From: Takakia lepidozioides
Taxonomy: Eukaryota; Plantae; Bryophyta
Direction of reading: 5' to 3'
NCBI GenBank assembly: GCA_030704615.1
Contig: CM060731.1
Span: 70,680,001-70,744,000 of the forward strand
DNA: 64,000 bases
Positions 58,907 through 64,000 of this stretch are shown here, one piece after another. Both the position numbers and the translations under genes were made by a program. How positions within the stretch are numbered: position 1 is the stretch's first letter; every line of letters begins with the position of its first letter. The notes under the pieces were generated by a model. That model was given only the letters and a program-made list of their open reading frames with translations. It was not told the origin of the DNA and ran no database searches.

Positions 58907-61900
58907 ATGGAGATGCCCAAAGGCATCGTGGAAGCTTTTCAATGGTGCATTTGCAGCCCGGGCATGAGAAAACGATTGCATATGGGTGAGCTGGCAGTGG
59001 TGGCGGTGTTTTTGGTGCTCTATTGCTCTTTCTACAGCGGGGATCCCGCTTCTTCTGTGCTGCTCTCCTTTTCTTTTCTCTCTCGCCCATCCGCCACTGC
59101 TCTCACCAAGGAGGCGGCGCAGTCACAAGAGAGACCCTCAGTTACAATCAAGCCTCCCGTTCCAGCCGCAGATGACAGGGGGAACACCTTGCAAGACCCA
59201 GTAGAGAATTTTACAAATAGCACACAAGCTGTAGATTTTAATCGAAGCACATCAGTTGATTCGAACCTAAATTCATCGTTTCAAAAGGAACCTGATACTG
59301 GATCATTACAAGACCCACCCAGGGCTCCGGCGGTAAGCAAGCGTAGTGATGCCAGCCTGGTAGGAAAGATTGACCTTCACACAGACTTATCAAATTCTAG
59401 CCAGAACCTTCAGAAATCAAGCTTTTCTTTGTCTCCAGGTCTTGGAGAGAGTTATGAACCATCCCAGGTTAAAATCGGCATAAATAGCTCTAAATTGAAT
59501 CGCCAACTCCCAAAGGAAGAGGTGACCCCCAAGGATGGCGAGGCGCTGCATCAAGAACCTGACGCCCTGGAGCGGTCGACTGTGAATATCAACAGTGGTG
59601 CTCAGGACAAATTGCCATCTGAAGTGACCATACCTTTGAGTTCTGAGAAGAAGAACAACCAGAAGGTGAGTGCTTTTAGTTACGAAAACTGATCGACTGT
59701 ACTGATCTAGGTACCTTGGGCCCGATAAGTTTTCAGAAGACTCAACTTGTCTGCTGTTTGTTGAGGATCAGGTCTGCCTGATGGTACCAACAAACTGGCA
59801 ACAAACATGGTGGTCCCGTATGTTAACCTCACACCAAGATTTCAATTTTGGAGTTTCAGTAATTGCCTGCAGCAAGTTAGTATTTAGGAATCGCACCTCC
59901 CATCAGTGAACTTGCTAGATTATAGATCTCAACTTGTCTGCCCACCAATTGTTTTGTGGACAACCATAAGTGCATGTCTAATTCCGATAATCAACGAGCG
60001 CCATAGTCGATATATAATCTAGGGCGCCGTTCTACACAGGAATCCTTTCATAGCTACTTTTCACTAACTTTCTCTTCTAATTACTAGATGAGGCAAGTTA
60101 TCCAAGATCAGCTTAAACTACTTGGATGATCGAAAGACATCGTGAGGTCAATTAGCAATCAAAGAATTGAACTCATTTGGAACGTAGACATCTGAGCGTT
60201 TTGTAGGCCAACTATACTAGGTATTCTCGAGACGTGGCCTTGTCTTGAGCTTGATCATTAGTGAAAATGCCCTGTGGCAGCCTACTGAATTACCTTTCAA
60301 CAGCACCGCAGCTCATTGTGACTCAGCCTGAAAAAGAGTCTCTGATGCCTCATCACAGCTGTGTGCAGAAGTATAGGTGGAGGGACAAGCTAGAGAACGA
60401 GTTAGAGGCTGCCAAGGAGGCTATAGCCAATGTTTCACCTGAGGCTGCTGATCCCAGTCTGTATGGCATCATCTATCACAACGTCTCTGCCTTCTCTAAG
60501 TGCGTGTCTCACTCTTGCATGGTATAATATTTTGAATGGTGGTCCAGTCTTGGGTAAAGTTATCATCAATTCTGAAATCTTGCCGCCATGCAGGGGTGGG
60601 GCCTTCACAGGGTGCCTGGGGGTAAGGTCATGATGGTTGCTCGAAACCCAGGTGGAAAGGGGCAAGTTAGTTCTTAGGGTTGTTGTACATATATAGTTCT
60701 CATGTTCACGATTATGTATGTGAGCTTGCTGATGTCAAGAGGATGAATTGCAGGAGTTATGAGATGATGGAGAAGTCTTTTCGGGTATATGTGTACAGAG
60801 AGGGTCGAAAGCCACTGGTACACACGGGGCCCACGAAGGGCATCTACGCTTCAGAAGGGCAGTTTATAGAGCGCATGATGAGAAGCAATCGGTTTGTGGT
60901 GAAGGATCCCCGCAAGGCACACATGTTCTTCCTGCCTTACAGTGTGAAGCATATGGTGGACCATTTATACGTCCCCAATTCCCGCCTAATGTTGCCGCTC
61001 TCCACATTCATAACCAACTACGTCGATATGCTTGCATCCCTCTATCCTTTCTGGAATCGCACGGAAGGAGCTGATCATTTTTTTGTCTCGTGTCATGACT
61101 GGGTATGCCCCTCTTCCTATACATCATTGGAAGGTTTGAACTTCTTGTGTTCCTGGCCCCTGAAAGTTGGCTTTTCTATTCCTCGAACTTCATCTGGGGT
61201 TAGAGTTACAACTCCAATGCGAAGCGTTGTGTGCCCACTTTTGTTTGAGTCCTACGTCAATGTATTTGTGGATCTTTGAATTCCACAGATGCAAACGTAG
61301 GTAGGGGCGCAAATTGATGGCCTTTACACAGATGCCTCATCATTGCGAGATCATTGCATAATTGAGCTAAACTGAACATTGGCTATGCAATTTTTGGGAT
61401 CCTAGATATTACTGTCATGAATGGTATATATCTAATCGTGGAACGACTGTATAGAGTAGTAGCGACACTTGCAGGAGCTGCGAGATACATTCTTGTCATA
61501 TATTGCAAGTTATCTGCACTGTGTCTGGCAAATTTCTGCTCGTTCTCATGAGGTTTCACGCGTCTTAGGAATCCATGTATTCATGGGCATCATGTGTTTG
61601 TGTAGGGACCTGCAACAGCCCGGGATCATGCGCAATTGCGGAAAAATGCAGTGAAGGTGGTGTGCAATGCAGATCTGACGGAGGAGTTTGTGCTCGGAAA
61701 AGACGCCTCACTTCCTGAGATTTACGTCCACTCTCTCAAGCTGCGCCAACACATTGGTGGACCAGGGCCAGACAAACGCCCATATCTGGCGTTCTTCGCC
61801 GGACAAATGCATGGGCGGGTGCGACCCACGCTGATCAACTACTGGAAGGACAAGGACCCCGACATGAAGATCTACGAAGTGTTACCGACAGCGATTGCTC

Positions 61901-62307
61901 GGAAATTCTCATATGTGCAACACATGAAATCCAGCAAATACTGCATCTGTGCCATGGGTTATGAAGTGAACAGTCCCCGCATCGTGGAGTCTCTCTACTA
62001 CGACTGTGTCCCGGTTATAATTGCCGACTACTTTGTGCTTCCTTTCGGTGATGTGCTCAACTGGAACACGTTCTCGGTCACCATACCCGAAAGTGACATT
62101 CCAAATCTAAAAGCTATACTGACCAGCATTTCGGACAAAGCGTACAGAGGCATGCAAAACCGGCTGAAGAACGTGCGACAGCATTTTATATGGCACGAGG
62201 AGCCCGCTAAGTATGATGCCTTTCACATGATCCTTCACTCTGTATGGATGAGCCGACTGCACCAACTCGAGCAAACGTCCGACGACATTACTGCACAGCA
62301 TTACTAA
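58907..62307 (+). CDS. Exostosin-family (GT47) glycosyltransferase, apparently intact
   Basis: N-terminal signal anchor and stem. Exons ~58907-59665, ~60300-60499, 60754-61102 and 61606-62307 with GT-AG junctions (the exon 2 acceptor is uncertain). Motifs GIYASEGQF, FWNRTEGADHFFVSCHDW, GYEVNSPRIVES, DAFHMILHSVW. Confidence 0.95.
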
Positions 62308-64000
62308 GTTCGGCAGTGCTATCATCTACGATGAGCTCGCTTACATTCAGTCGGCTCTTACGGCCTATCATGCCTCGTAGCCTGTAGGAAGGTCTCTCTA
62401 GTTGTGGATAGGGGTAAGCAAAAAACCTGCATGTAGAGCAAGCGTGGCTCATGATTCCAGCCTTCACACATGTGTGTCATCAACTCTTCCCACTACTTTG
62501 AGACGAAAGTAAGTTACCTACATACTGTTAGTTGCCTTCAAAGTTCAAACTTTGCAGGCCGATTTGTACCATAAACAAGACATGGTGGTACGCTTGGCAA
62601 ACGCCTGTACGCTGTACCCTGTACCAGGCTACCATAAACTTGAGATGGAAAAGCTGGAACATTTCCAAAAGTTTTCCATGATGACGCTGGCTTAATGTTC
62701 ATGATTTACTACATAGGAATCCAGCATTCAAAGCCAGGTAGCTCCCATAGAGTGTGGTGAATGGATCGTGGGAACTTGGAAGGAACGTTTTGAAAGAATG
62801 AAAGTTGGGTGTATCATTCTCAAAATATCAGGCCAAGTTTAGGTAGTTGTTCTTGCAATGTCTGTCATTCTGAGGCCAGGAATGTCAACTTACTATTCAT
62901 ACAGAAATCCAAGAAATCCTCAGCTCTATTCTTGACCCCAGAAAATTGCAGAGAAGATTCCAATTAGATCAGAGATTGAAAGGTCATTTTGGGCCCTGAG
63001 GTAATAAGTAATAACGGTTTTCGAAGTAGATATATATAGTACGTGATCCACTATAAAGTGAACAGCTTCCACAGTCAGCTGAAAGACATGGTTCTCGCCA
63101 CACACAGCGACGTGGAGCAGTCTGGTGCACAACCCCCACTACACACCGCACCACCCATCTCAAATTCCTCCCGCAAAAGCAGGCTCTACGATGATCACCG
63201 TTTCCGCGCTCGAATTACAGCAATTGGGTTCTAGTTGCGGGTAAGGTGATTCCAGCATTTGCTGGAAGCCAGTGTGATTGACAGGATTGGTGGTCTTGTT
63301 TGGAACGTAGGCTGGGGCTTCTCTCGTGCGAAGTGCTTCTTGGCTGATACACTCTGTCACGTTTTGCAAACTTGTGTAAGCTGAGTGTTTTTAGTGGGTA
63401 TTCTGAAGTAGGGGTGAGTATGCTATCTGTATTGGGAAGGTAGGGCGAGAGCTGGAGTGGCGGATTGCACTATCTGCAAAGAAAAAGTTGTGATGAGTGC
63501 TGCTCGGTTGGATTGCGCATGGTGAGGGCGGGAGAGTTGGAGTGCACATGGCAGCAAGGGTGTCGTTCTCCTCCAGTCATCCTACGGTCCATCGGCAGGG
63601 TTTCATGAATGTGGAAGCAGAGTGAGAACATTGTGCACCGGCTTTTCTCCCGCCAGATCACCCGGGCTGCTCCGAGTACCCATGTACTTGCACATTGCCC
63701 AATTATTTCGTTGTCATTTACTTGTAGTATACATCGCTCGACATGGGTTCAACTTAGGTTAGTGGGGGGGATGAAGGAGGGGTTGGTAAACGAAGGGCTC
63801 GAGTTGAAGAGGCAGGGAAAGATCAGATTATATTGCATTGGGTTTCTCTCTCTTTGCTGATGATGTTTGGGAAGTCTCATGAGGAAGAAATTATTTTGAA
63901 ACAAGGACTCGCGGTCGGATTTTTTTCAAATTCTGCCCACAGTTGAACCTGTTGATGCTGTTGACAGAAGCTTATGCCTTCCAGATGCCTTCTCTGGAAG

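Noticed and set aside
62900-63860. Short ORFs at the window end
   Set aside because: No recognisable motif or consistent exon structure. They may belong to a gene continuing outside the window.

Overview
Eukaryotic, repeat-rich nuclear DNA from a land plant, probably seed-free. The evidence is PLS-type PPR fragments, an intron-containing GT47 gene and a possible axonemal-dynein exon. Only one apparently intact host gene is present: a GT47/exostosin glycosyltransferase at 58907-62307. The rest is layered transposon sequence. (1) A decayed Ty3/gypsy element carries a C5 cytosine-methyltransferase domain between protease and RT (2.2-8.7 kb). (2) A 25.3-kb Mutator-like element (15279-40619) has ~280-bp TIRs, a perfect 9-bp TSD, a DDE/SWIM transposase and a Ulp1-type protease. 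Nested inside it are (a) a ~6.6-kb block with a palindrome array, an intronless protein kinase, four tandem long hairpins and 120-bp repeats, and (b) a 5.8-kb Pack-CACTA element with a perfect 3-bp TSD carrying PPR, ABCC, OSB-like and LINE fragments. (3) An unclassified ~11.5-kb multi-gene element (43.1-54.6 kb) is marked by a dispersed 24-bp palindrome. It encodes a Pol II CTD-like repeat protein, FCP1/NIF-like HAD domains and a possible ParB-like/methyltransferase-like protein. The most striking observation is that one arm of a hairpin in block (a) is 43/51 identical, ungapped, to a putative coding segment of element (3). This suggests a transposon-borne hairpin-RNA cluster aimed at the genes of another mobile element. 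All annotation was done by eye. Domain calls are motif-based and were not confirmed by database search.
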